A stretch of 64,000 nucleotides of DNA from Picochlorum sp. SENEW3 (lineage: Eukaryota): NCBI GenBank assembly GCA_034226945.1, contig CP120461.1, forward strand, positions 186,001-250,000, read 5' to 3'. Within the stretch, counting starts at the first letter, position 1. Every line of letters starts with the position of its first letter. A program made the translations under genes and the position numbers. Under the pieces are notes generated by a model. The model worked only from the letters and a program-made list of their open reading frames with translations. It did no database searches and had not been told where the DNA came from. Of the stretch, positions 49,114-61,141 are shown piece after piece.

Positions 49114-49506
49114 CCTTCCGCACAATCCCTCAGACTCCAACTCGGCCTATAAATTGCGTACAATCGTTGGGTTTATTGGAAAATATGACAATGCGACGTC
49201 CTCGTGTCACTTGTCCAATAAAGTTAGGAATGGCTCGTTGCAACTAACAGAAACAGTCTCGCCTCTCTCGTTGGCGACACGTATCAACAATACGAGTACT
49301 AATTTCACAACAATAACATGTATAAACGTATTTTATTATTCTGAATGCGCAACAGCGTATCTCTTGATGATGCTATGAAGAATCGTTTGTTGAAGAGACG
49401 AGACTAGCACTCTCGGCCAGATGCAATCGTTGATGGGAGACAAGCATATTTTTTTCATTGTGTACCTCGAACGTCCACCTCGAATGGAACATGTGATGCT
49501 TGTAAT

Positions 49507-50619
49507 TCATTCGGCAGGCAATCCATAGACTCGCAAGTTCCCGACACGAAATGTCGACATACTTCCAGGCTTTCTTCGAAACATGTCCTCCACTGCACTG
49601 GGATCAGACTGACCTGTGAGACCACCTCCAAGTGCAAGATTGATGAGGAGGTGGAACCTCTGATCAAACGGCGAGTGTGGTGTTGTTGCCCCTTGAGTCA
49701 CAGTTGCCTGCCATCCTTCAATGGTTTGTTGCACTTTACCGTCAATCAACCACACCATGCTACCAACTCTCCAAATATACTCAATGGTATGTTCCCTTGT
49801 GTTGAATGCTGTTGATCTGCCAAGCCCCACATCATTTCCTGCACTGTCCGCAAAATGAATAGTGCTCCATTGTCGCCTCATATTATTTGCGGACTCAAAA
49901 ATATCAATCTCCCCCGAGTACGGCCATGGTCCATACATTCCATACCCAGAACTAACAGGGTCGTCATCATCGTCTTCTGGCAACATCCATACAGCTGGCC
50001 ATACTCCAGTTCCATCTTCAACTTGGACTTGCATGGTCACTCGTATCGCTTGATACACAATGTTCTGATCAGCGTTGTTTATCCTCGTTGTTAGGTTTGG
50101 TCCGAAAGCAAATAGGTTCTTAGACCGTAGTCTGACTGATACCATTGTGGCAGTCTCACACCTGCTCCTGCAATCATCAGTTAGTTGAGCCTCCATCTTC
50201 ACGTGGTCCTGACACCATGCCGTGCAATTATTGTCACCAATCACAGAATGTATCAAGCCCTTGTCAAGTTTTGCTGTTAGTATCACACTGTTGTCATCTG
50301 GACTCTCAGCAAGGCCTGCTTCAAATGGGTCAGGGTGATAGAATTGAAATTCTTCATTACCCCACCCACAAATTCCATACTGGCATCCAAAGCCACTTTG
50401 AGCTTCCCAATCGCTGATCTTTGGGAATGCAATTGTTTCCCATCCAAGAGAAGTGTCAGGAGAAGGATCAGGAGATAAAGGATCAGGATCCTTGGGTGGA
50501 CGACCCGGCGTGTCAGTCGGTTTGCCTCTTGTTGTTTGTATCTCGCCTTGAAATCCACGAGACGCGTGTCCCGCGAATAACAAGGTAAGTACGCAGGTTG
50601 ACATCTTTCGTCGACACAT
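49507..50619 (-). CDS. Secreted glycoside hydrolase family 16 (laminarinase/beta-1,3-glucanase-like)
   Basis: GWGNEEFQFY, GVWPAVWMLP, WPYSGEIDIFE (ExDxxE catalytic motif), PFDQRFHLLINLALGG. Confidence 0.9.
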   Translation of the reverse strand: MCRRKMSTCVLTLLFAGHASRGFQGEIQTTRGKPTDTPGRPPKDPDPLSPDPSPDTSLGWETIAFPKISDWEAQSGFGCQYGICGWGNEEFQFYHPDPFEAGLAESPDDNSVILTAKLDKGLIHSVIGDNNCTAWCQDHVKMEAQLTDDCRSRCETATMVSVRLRSKNLFAFGPNLTTRINNADQNIVYQAIRVTMQVQVEDGTGVWPAVWMLPEDDDDDPVSSGYGMYGPWPYSGEIDIFESANNMRRQWSTIHFADSAGNDVGLGRSTAFNTREHTIEYIWRVGSMVWLIDGKVQQTIEGWQATVTQGATTPHSPFDQRFHLLINLALGGGLTGQSDPSAVEDMFRRKPGSMSTFRVGNLRVYGLPAE

Positions 50620-51076
50620 GTTCGCCTGTATGTATATATATTCGTAAAATTCAATCCAGTCTATTATTATAGACTACTTAGTATCTTGGTAGTGATATGC
50701 CTGGTACAAGTACAACTGCATGCAGTTGTGACGTGCAAGACCATGCCTCTGCAGACGTGCGGGAAATCTGACTCGAGTCGCGCGAGTCGCGATCTTTGAA
50801 GAATCTACATAGGCATAGCTATCTTTCTTCAGGTTCTTGAATTCAACTTACAGCTTGCAGGCTATGATCCACGAGTGCGTGCAAATACGCGTACGATAAT
50901 CCTGCGCAGCGCCTGCACTTTTTGCCATGCTGTAAAAACGACTGCCACCTCATGGAAACCTCAGACGCTGTATTCGTCGCTTCTTTTAATTCTGGCGAAA
51001 AAGAAAACATCCGAAAAGCCTGTATTCCTTAATGATTGTTTGCAGTATGTATGTTGGGATAGAAAGCTGCTATGGC

Positions 51077-52008
51077 CTGAGTTGTGGTCAAATCTCCTTC
51101 TTTGTAGCCACACAGCGCTCTTGTTGCTTGTCTGTACACCTGGGCCACCTTCAAACTGCAACCAGCACTTATCTTTTCTAGATATGCCCAGTCCCCAGGC
51201 AATTGATAGTCCATTCTCATTTGATTACCTATACAATTGAGATTATGCTTTGTCATTTGCAGATCCGTAATAAATTTCTGGTGCTCAAGAGGTTCCCAAA
51301 CATGTTCCTGCAGAGTATCAATCATGAGTGAACATTCAGCGAAGGTAGAGAAGTACGTCTAGGGATATCAGTGTGCAAAATTGTTGGGAATACCGCAGTC
51401 GAAAGAAATTGTTTCAGAGGATCTGACTCTCCTGTGTGCTTGGCTACAATCCCTATTGCCTGCTCAAGTATTTCTACTCCAGTGATTATTTCATAATCAC
51501 TGGGCCCGATGGTCAGCCAACAACAGTCTCCGCCTTCCTTCAAGATTTTTATGGATACAACTTTGATTTCATTTCGCAGGCCTGGAGTATCGTTCTTGCA
51601 TTTACAATCGGGTTCAAAATCATTGGCGCGACTGCCCTCCCGTACATCAGCCATGACCAGAGATGAAAGACATATCTGTGGTGATGAAGAGAGAGCTGCA
51701 ACAAAACCATTTGGTATGTTGCAAGATATCCGATGGGCGATGGCTGGCACGTTCAATCTGAAACCCAATATAAATACATAGCGCAAGTCTTCCAGAGTTC
51801 TGCGATATGTCATTGGAAGAGGAAGGTGCTTGGGATACTAGGACGCAGTTGCAGCCTGCTTGAGATGTGGTTAGATCTCCTTCTTTGTAGCCACATCCAG
51901 TGCTCTTGTTGCTAGTATGTACAAAGACACCCGGGCCACCTTCAAACTGTAACCAGCACTTGTCTTTTTTAGACATGCCCAGGGAATTGATGGTGTATTA
52001 TCATTTGA
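51077..52008. repeat. Pair of diverged ~150-bp direct repeats (51077-51224, 51860-52008)
   Basis: Shared atctccttctttgtagccaca, gctcttgttgct, gggccaccttcaaactg.aaccagcactt, aattgat, tcatttga. Confidence 0.85.
51480..51666 (+). pseudogene. C-terminal relic of a PDR/ABCG-type ABC transporter
   Basis: TTVSAFLQDFYGYNFDFISQAWSIVLAFTIGFKIIGATALPYISHDQR* resembles the conserved PDR end; no upstream body present. Confidence 0.6.
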
Positions 52009-52540
52009 TGAGCTACGGCCTTGCCATTAGGAGTTCTCTTGCTCGTCAAGTTTACATCGATATTGTTTCCTCGGTCGAAAAAAAATCATCTTTCTAGATC
52101 TACAGTCACCTTGGGGGATCCTTTGAAGAATTGTATCCAGTCCTTTTTGCCCAGTGCCAGTGAGTGGGTCCCTCCGGAGGAATCCCAATATTGGGCCTTG
52201 CAAGGCCTCGGGCGCCCTCAGCGCACTTACAGAAAGGATGGTGGCCTCCTTAAATCCCAAATTTTCCTGAGGGGCGTATTTTATTATTTCGACGACGCCA
52301 TCGAAACGAGGGTAAGAAAATATGTCTATTGAAACAAAAATGGGGAAATTTGGTGCGATATTCGAAAAGTTATGGGGCCCTGTGTAAAATGGCTTGTGTG
52401 AAAATTTTGAGAAGTCAGGTCGACCGCCCATGGTACTAATTAAGGAACTTTTGGTGTCGATCACAAGGCACCAGATCTTCCACAGTAGCCTCAATTCACT
52501 GCTGTTACCTGGATAATTTTTATACTTTACACGTTTATTG

Positions 52541-55500
52541 TCATTCGATATCGATACTGTCCGCTGCTGCGAAGGTGGAACCTCGGGTTGGGAAGAAGGC
52601 AAGCATTTTGTCCATTTCTTTCTTGTGGCCGTCCTCCACAAGCTTGTAGTGGGGCCATTCTCCCTCCCAACCATCTTTTGACATTTGAAAACTAGAAACT
52701 TGGCAGACGATATCGTCGATCGGCACGCTGAACACACGTTCGTCATGCCTCCACAGCCTCTCTCCTGTGAACTCCTTCACCATGTACACAGTGGTTCCAT
52801 GGTAATCCATTTTTCTGTCTCATATATCCCGCAAATCGCGTATCGTTCCACTTCATCTGGATTCCGGGGACTGAATACGCGGACAAATTCATACACCACC
52901 CCAACATGGTGAGCCTCAGAATCCTTGTCCCTCAGCAAGACAAAGTGTGACCGCCTCTTCGTATCACGCCTGTCATAGAATGTTTTCACACAACAGCCTT
53001 TGCCATCTACCAAGACGTTGCAAGAAAAATGACTGTACAATTTGATATCTCTCTGCGGCTCCCTCGGTCTCTCGTCCTGGTGCTTTGTGTGAAACTCTCT
53101 GATGAGGTTCAACTTCTTCTTCTCGATGGACTCCCTCAGCTTATCCCTCTGCTGCTTCGATGCATCTCTAGCTTCGATGCATTTCGTCGTACTCCGCTCT
53201 ACTCCTTTCCCTTGAAGAGCATACGTGGTGCTTGGATGGGCGTCGTACATGGTGCCCGCAGCCTTTCGGTGTTGCTTCGGGGCATACACTGGGATGGCAC
53301 TCTGGTCGGCTGACCCAATCTTGTGCTTGGCTTTCTCCAATGCCGATCTGATAAGATACCGTTTTGCTAATGTTGCCTCAGGCGTATTAATACAACTCGT
53401 CGAGGAGACGGCCCGCATAGCCCGTTCAACCCACAGCTCTGACAACTGGTGCAGTGGGCCCACGAAGGCCTCCTGGTGATGCAGGAGGCAGTTGGCTGTA
53501 TGGAGGTTGGGCGTCAGCAATTCGTATGCCTTCTCTTCCTGACATATCCTTGAGAACTGGTGTAGATGCCAGAGGGCTTGAGATGGCTCGAGCCGGGCGG
53601 CTTCAGCGTGGCTCAGGTGATGCATGACAAACTGCCTCAAATGTGCCCAAGCTTCCATGGCCTTGGGTGTGAGCACAGAAACACCGGTCACCTCCTCGTT
53701 GAACAGGGCACATGAATGTACTTCTACAAAAACTTTGACTTCTTCGCAAATCCAAGAGTAGCAGTGCTCTAATGGCGAGTATGGACGATTGAACGAGTTG
53801 TTCAGAGTAATTCCTCTCTCCAATTTCTTGACGGTCTTCTTGCTGTAGACTCTCATACTCCTGCTATCGGGATCACTGGTTTTCTTGTTGCCGTGGCCAT
53901 CCCACAAGTATTTGATAAAGTTTTTCGTTATGCCTAAGAGAATCAGATGGTATAGAGGAGCTGGTATCCCGTGCTTGACGTGCAACGTAGGCACGGCATG
54001 AAACACTTTTGCATAGTCATGAATCCCAAGCCGATCCTGCCATTCTTGCGTGCTCGATCCGTCGTATATGCCATGGGGCATCACAGTTTTCATAATATTC
54101 AATATATCTTCCAGGTCAGCGTGTCCAATCACGGACTGCTGCTGAATTGCATCATCGTCACAGCGGGACAACTGGAACTCTTCCTTGGTGATTCCATTGA
54201 TATGTGTGACAGGATCCTCCTCCTCGTAGCCTGTGAGTAGTCTTCTCTTGTATGATTTGCCGTTTCTGCTAGTTATGGCTTCTGAGGCCCGCTGCCAGCA
54301 AAAGTAGCACCCTTTGATGGCGTTCCCCGGAGCACACATGTGGATTTTTTCTCTGGCCTTAGCATCTGCATGAATGAATCCCAGTATGGGTCGATGAACT
54401 CCAGAATGTCTCACCACATGACCATCTTCGTCCACTCCATCATATTGATATTCCATAGGAGATGAGCGGAGGCGCTCAAACTCTTCACCAATAAAACATA
54501 AGAAGGGGTTGAGGTTTTTGGGTTCTTTTGGGCCTGGGATAATTCCCAATAATCTGGTGTTGCAGCTGAGATATCGGCCTTCAGGGACCATATCTTCACA
54601 CTTTAATACAATCAGAGTACAAGAATGTGCTTTCCTTCCAAAAGGCTGGGATCCATCCACGCCGATCGACCAGATACTAGTCGTGTCGCCGCCTGCTGTG
54701 CTTTCCCTCTCCTTGATCCATTTGAACCACTCGGATGTGTACACCGTGTTTCCTGCGCGACCGCTTTCGATGCTTCTGTTTCTTGATTCTCGAAATTTGC
54801 GCGAAGCGAACAGACTCTGCATACAGTCTCGGACCCCAAAGTAATAAAAGTGCTGCATGGGTCTTGGGCTCCCACCCCTGTCTGCCGTGAACCTCTTCCT
54901 ACCACACCCTGCTCCACATTCTTCACCCATGTCCCTATCTTTGAACGGGACGACATTATTGTAGATGTATCCGCAGGGACACTTATGGTATTCGACAGCC
55001 TGAAGGTCTGGAACATCCATGGCCTTCCTCAGAAGGTGGATGGATGGTGGAATGATCATCCTGTCACGGTTGCTCCTCCCCATCCGAACTACGCTCAAGA
55101 TATCCTGCATGAGCTCTTTTGATACAGCATGCTTTAGTTCTATTTCGAGGAGCGCAGATGTGAGCTGAAGCAAAGTGCAGGGTGCCTCGTCTTCCTCGTC
55201 TTCATCTTCTTGTGGCTGATCCAGCCCATCACCACGTTCCTTACCCAACATTGCCATTAGAAAGGTTTGGAAATGCGACCCCTGAGTGCACCGAAAGCGT
55301 TCACCAGGTGCATTCTCAACATTTGGCTCATGCTCATCACTCGAAGCGTCGCTGTCCTCAAGGTCCTGCAGGAAGATAGCTTTCACTCTTCAGAACAACA
55401 AGAACCAGAATCAGGAAGCATGACATGTGTCTCCTCACCTCGGTGCACACGCTGCCCTCATCGGATGATTCCACTGCTTCATCAGAATCTTCACAGGAGC

Positions 55501-55957
55501 GAATGGTTAGAACTTCGTCTCGGTCATAAGGGAGGAGAGTAGTGGACACATGTGGATCTAGTTGGACTATGGCATCATCTTCAAGACTCCTTGGGTGGCC
55601 CTCCCCTTTCTTCTCCACACCAAACCTCGCTGCAATATGTGGATGTTTGTTACGCACGTGATCAAGCACTTTTCTCCTGTCTACATCTCCGGTGACGTCC
55701 ATGAACAGCATATTTTCGAAGCACAGTGGCTTCCCAGAATATCCACACGTCTCCCCGTATGGACAGTATACCCTGCAATGTCTCTGCTCGCTTTCTGCAT
55801 GCAACGAGTCTACCATGGGTCCATATGGGGCTTTGAGACGAAGACACGCTTGGTAAAAGTCATTCCATAGCTCTGTTATTTTCTTGCGTGCTACCCTCCT
55901 CCGTTTTGACCTTTGAGATCCTTGCTCGGGGTTTCGTTGCGTTTCAACACCGTCCAT
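52541..55957 (-). CDS. EnSpm/CACTA (Tnp2/TnpD-like) transposase with an N-terminal zinc-finger-like exon; intron 55438-55366; probable 1-nt frameshift near 52812
   Basis: GVDGSQPF, LLGIIPGPKEPKNLNPFL, HADAKAREK, GCYFC, YHLILLGITK, TPNLH, GPL..LSELWVERAM; phase-0 gag|gtgagg..ctgcag|gac joins the 55957 ORF in frame. Confidence 0.85.
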
Positions 55958-56157
55958 TGTGGTATATCATAAATGTATATACTATATTACGATTTGTAAT
56001 CGTGAGAGTAAAATTTAGAGCATATGAGCCCCTCGTCCGTCGCAATTGTTCGCAAGCCAAAAATTTGAAATTCAAAATCTGACTTTCAATTGTCTATCAA
56101 TTGCACGCTGACAGTCAGTCTTTGCAGTCGTATAATGCACATTGTGTTCGAAAACTT

Positions 56158-57380
56158 ATGCCTAGAGTACGAATAAAGCATAAATCCGGGGAAGGGCCGT
56201 GCTTGGAACTCCAGGCCACCGAAGCAGGGTTGACTGACGATGAACTCTATGAGCAGACAACTGCATTCAGAGAGCGAGAGGGCATTAGAAATGATATCAT
56301 TATAGAGCATTTTGGAGTACGAGTTAGCCCACATTGTCTGAAACCCGACGTCACACATCTTTTACACTGGTGCGAGGCAGACCCTCCTGGTGAAGTTGCC
56401 AACTCTTCTCCCGTAGATATTGACGAGAGTAGCGAGATTTCAATCGATGACAACTCGGAGTCTCTGTTTGTTGAGGACAAGCATATACAGAAGCACGCCC
56501 GCGAGGCCTGCATGAAGTACTGGGCCAGGGCTCCTGTCAATGGTGACTTTGAACAATGCCAAGCATACATGCCACAGAAAAAAGGCATGCCCATAGCGCA
56601 TGAACTCCTTTTGAAGTATGCAAAGAAAAAGTCATGCTAGAATGTGGAGAACTGGCCAAGGTTTCGGCATCATACACAGGGGATAAACTCATGGCATACC
56701 TGAGCTCAAATCACCGGAATAATCACAACAGACATGTCAGAGACGGTGTCCGAAAAAACATGGATGCAGATCGTCACTGGTACCTTCAATTTGGGAGATA
56801 TCTTATCGATTGCATTGGAGAGTATCTAGATGGACTGAACCATGCGGCAGAAGGCGACAAGAGGTTTTCCACCCAAGAGAACTTGCAGCATCTGAGACCC
56901 TTCGTGTTACAAAAGCTTCCTGCATGGTATTCTCGGGACAAGTATTCCTTCATCTTTACAGGGGCCACGAAAAATTCTGGAAATGAGATAAATTCGCTCA
57001 TCGTCGACGATCTGCACAAAGTCAAAGAAGAACATCCTGAATTCGACGGGAAGGCTAAAGCTCTCATGTCTGAACAAATACACAAGCAAGCACTGGACAG
57101 TGTCAAACATGTCCAGGAAAAGTACAATGAGCTAAAGCGATCAATGGAAAAGAAAGACAAATTATACGAGGATGCGAAGACAGAAAGGGATATCCTCAAG
57201 AAACAGATGGCCGAACTCCAGAAGGAGGTGGAGCAACTGAAGAGCAGACGTCCAGGGGCAAAGCGTGGTGTGAAGCAGCGACGAACGCAGGATTACGGCA
57301 ACGAATACGCTAAAACATACATCACAGGGACATCCAGGCGACGGAGGCCTCTCGAGGATGCACAAGACAAAGAGAATTGA
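56158..57380 (+). CDS. Transposon accessory ORF (unknown fold, C-terminal coiled coil), split by one frameshift at ~56625
   Basis: One extra A in gcaaagaaaaagtcatg gives YAKEKVMLECGEL, fusing the 56101 and 56634 ORFs; heptad-like KYNELKRSMEKK...MAELQKEVEQLK. Confidence 0.65.
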
Positions 57381-58417
57381 CCCACATCATGGCACCCTGG
57401 AGATGCACAAGTGAGCCGGGCGGTTGGGTTGGACGGGTATAGTTTTTTCCAAGCAAATATTTAGCACTGCCCATACAGCCTCAGAATGATACAATATCAA
57501 TAAATGAACAATTTACTCTCATGTAAGTTCCAAATTCGTAGCAGAGCGGCTCGCTCGCAGCGTGACCAACGACCTTCCATCACTAACGACCACCCTTGTA
57601 TATGTGCCTGCAGGTATAGAGTCCCTCCAATCACGTCGCCAAACAATTAATAAAGGTAAGAACTGACAAGTATGTGTGGTGCAGGTGTGAATAGACGTGG
57701 CATGGAGAGGACTCGCCGTCTGGCAACAGACGGTTAACGGTTTTTCCCCAATGGTCGCCCCAGTGCCTACAGTGGCACAACAAGGGGTGATCATTGGTGG
57801 AAAAGCAATGAATCAATCGAATTGTAAAGTATCGTGTAAAAAGAATTAAAAAATCGAGCAGCCCCGGAGGGGGCGAGCAACGATCTGTCGTAATTAGATA
57901 TATTAAATACAATCCGGCTGCGAAAATTTGGGGCAAATCCGCTGCAGGCACTTAAAGAGACCCAAATGATCAAGACTCGATCCTCCGTACTGCGACCGTT
58001 TCATACATCCCCACCGCTCTAAAAAGTTGCATTTATACTTAAAAGTTGATATTGTGTCCTGGGAACGGCGTTGTTGCGCCGAGAGCACACCTTTTAGACG
58101 CTCAGTTTCAAGCGCATCTGCACATCCCTCCGAGAGGCGAACTCCCGATTGCGCGAACCATTTGGCGTCAAATTTTCACGAGATACTCTATTTGTAACAC
58201 TGATCAATAATATATACGAGCGGGAATATATAACGCCCTGTGCGCGACGAAATCAGCGACCCAAAATCAAGGGGACTGCCATCCTTTCTGTAAGTGGCGG
58301 CTGATGCTAGCATCGCAACAAGGATCGATCGATCGATCCTTCAACCAGGCAGACACTCCCTCCCTCCCTCCCATTCCCTCTTCCAATTCCAAATTTATAT
58401 TATTTACAATACACATC

Positions 58418-59432
58418 ATGCAGTCTGCTAGTACATTCGCTGGACGCCCTGTGTGCGCGTCTGCCCAGAGCAGCAGCAGCAGCAGCAATAGGCGTGCCAT
58501 GGCCAAGAGAGCTGTACGTCGCCAATCGACCGCCTCGGGCAGAAGAATAACAACTATATATGCTGGACAACAGCCTTTAATGGCACCAAGGTACGTAATA
58601 ATATCACTCGTGGCAGCGAGACGGTCGTCGTAGACCTTGACCTCTTCTTCTCTAGACCGCACTCAGGAAGCGTCATATCATCATCGGAATTAAAAACTAC
58701 ATCTATACATGTTATTGCTGCTGCAGAACACAGGATATGGCGGGTGATCCATTCGGGCTTTTGCTCCGACAGCGCATAGTCTTTCTAGGTGGAGAGGTGA
58801 ATGACTTCAATGCGGATGCATTGATCAGTCAGCTGTTATTGTTAGATTCACAAGACTCTACAAAAGATATCAAGTTGTTCATCAACTCTCCAGGAGGGTC
58901 AGTGACCGCAGGAATGGGTATTTATGATGCCATGATGATGTGCCGAGCTGATGTGCAGACCTACTGCTTTGGATTGGCTGCATCCATGGGAGCCTTCTTG
59001 TTGGGCGCTGGAACCGTAGGAAAGAGATATTCCATGCCAAATTCGAGGATTATGATTCATCAGCCTCTTGGAGGCGCGTCTGGAGCTGCCGTGGATATCG
59101 AAATTCAGGCCAAGGAGATTATGTATCACAAGGCAAATTTGAACAAGATTATGGCAGATTATACAGGACAGCCCATTGAGAGGATTGAGGAGGATACCGA
59201 CAGAGATCGTTACATGTCTCCTTTGGAAGCCAAGAAGTATGGGTTGATTGATCATATTGTGGGGGGAGATGAGGCTGTGTTTGCTGTTGAGGGTAGTACG
59301 ACAAGCTTTCCCAAGACCAAGGAGCAGTATGTGTCATGGGGTGATGATGATCTGAGTGATGGAAGTTCTGGATCTCGATTCATAAAACCATTAGAGCCAT
59401 ATACTGAAAAGGTTGAGGGATCCAACAAGTGA
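58418..59432 (+). CDS. clpP: Nuclear-encoded plastid ClpP protease subunit, 2 exons (intron ~58590-58726)
   Basis: Ser/Arg-rich transit peptide; [35 protein letters not shown] (catalytic triad intact). Confidence 0.94.
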
Positions 59433-59698
59433 TCTATCTATAGTGTGTCATCTATACACACGTGTAATTCAAAGTTAAAAAAATCTTGCCAGAATTTTTA
59501 CACTTGTGAGTGAGTCTCCAATGCATGCCATGCATTCGGTGGACAGATGTCTTCTTGTAAGCAGTAAAGCTATACCATTACTATTAAAAAATTGAGAGAA
59601 TTTATTAATCTTTTCTCGGGTGCTCCGTACGAGAAGATACACAGAGAGATTGTGTTCTGCCGACTGCATTGGTCGCACGAGAAAGAAATACGATACAA

Positions 59699-61052
59699 AT
59701 GGCCTTTGGTGATCGAGGAGGTCGAGGAGGTGCGTTTTTGTATTCTCATGTATGGGAGGATTGAGAGAAGGAGGTGTATGGCGGGTGTTTGGAAATCTTG
59801 TGCATGCCGTATCGGCATCTTGCTGGAGTGGCGGGGTGATTGGGTGGAAATCACATCGATGGTGTCCTTCTCTGATATTTACATATTTTATGTATTGGGT
59901 GTGCAGGTAGAGGTGGTCGAGGTGGTCGAGGAGGCGGCCGTGGTGGAGGCAGAGGAGGTGGCCGTGGGACCCCTGGGCGTGGTCGAGGTGGAGGTCGTGG
60001 TGGTCGAGGGGGTGCTCGTGGAGGCGTGTCCAAGCGTGGAGGAAGGGGTGGTATGAAGGGAGGAAGCAAGGTGATTGTGGAGGCGCATCGCCATGAGGGT
60101 GTGTTTGTGGCACGAGGAAAGGAGGATGCGTTGGTGACCAAGAACATATGTCCAGGAGAGTCTGTGTACGGGGAGAAGAGGATTTCGGTCGAAGGGGTTG
60201 GCGAGGGTGCTGAGAAGACTGAATACAGGGTATGGAATCCATTCAGATCTAAATTGGCTGCTGCTGTGCTTGCTGGTGTGGATCACATTTATATGAAGCC
60301 TGGATCCAAGGTGTTGTATTTGGGAGCTGCCTCTGGAACATCTGTATCACATGTCAGTGATCTTGTAGGACCAGAAGGGACTGTGTATGCAGTAGAATTT
60401 TCTCATAGATCTGGAAGAGATTTGGTGAATATGGCGAAGAAGAGACCGAATGTAGTTCCAATTATTGAGGATGCTCGTCACCCACAAAAGTATAGGATGC
60501 TTGTGCCAATGGTTGATGTGGTGTTTGCGGACGTTGCGCAGCCGGATCAGGCGAGAATTGTCGGATTGAATGCTCAATACTTTTTAAAGAACAAGGGAAA
60601 CTTTGTTATTTCTGTCAAGGCGTCATGTATTGATTCTACTGCGCCACCAGAGGCTGTGTTTGCCAGAGAAGTGAAGAAATTGCAGGAGCAGCAGCTCAAG
60701 CCAAAGGAGCAGGTGTGTTTTTTTTTAATTGATGAATGGTTGCGTTGGTCTGGGTGATGAGAGTATACCGTAAGAATGATTCCTGGGAAATCTTGTCCCA
60801 TTGTATTGTATACAATATGGGACATGAGACTATATATATATCCCATCCGATGAGTGTTCTTCCATGACTCAGACAGACAACATATATATGCTGCTTGTTT
60901 TTTTTTTTTTTTGAGCGACATAGATAACTATTATTGTGGGTGCAATAATAATGATAACAATAATAATAATCACATGTGTGCAGGTCACGTTGGAACCATA
61001 TGAGAGAGATCACGCTGTTGTCTGCGGAATTTTCAGGGCCCAGAAAAAGTGA
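59699..61052 (+). CDS. NOP1: Fibrillarin (rRNA 2'-O-methyltransferase), 3 exons
   Basis: [14 protein letters not shown] domain, [31 protein letters not shown]; last exon [15 protein letters not shown]; introns 59730-59906 and 60713-60983. Confidence 0.96.
60748..60874 (+). ncRNA. Candidate intronic box C/D snoRNA
   Basis: GTGATGA box C (60754), ATGA D'/D variants (60776, 60864), CCGATGA C'-like, terminal stem gtctggg/ctcagac and an internal hairpin, all inside the long last fibrillarin intron. Confidence 0.42.
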
Positions 61053-61141
61053 TGATGTTGTTGATGACTGTATACTTTTTTCTTCTCAATGCAATATATG
61101 TTACAAAAAAACAAAATCGATACCATGTATTATTATTATTA

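Larger units (their letters stand above)
52103..58278. mobile_element. CACTA/EnSpm-like DNA transposon, ~6.2 kb; left boundary tentative
   Basis: Transposase plus divergent ORF; right end fixed by homology to 25460/31428; candidate imperfect TIR CAGTCACCTTG (52103) / CAAGGGGACTG (58268-58278); no TSD found. Confidence 0.65.

Noticed and set aside
52027..52746. 239-aa minus-strand ORF
   Set aside because: Overlaps the probable transposase C-terminus in another frame and the subterminal region; no recognisable motifs.
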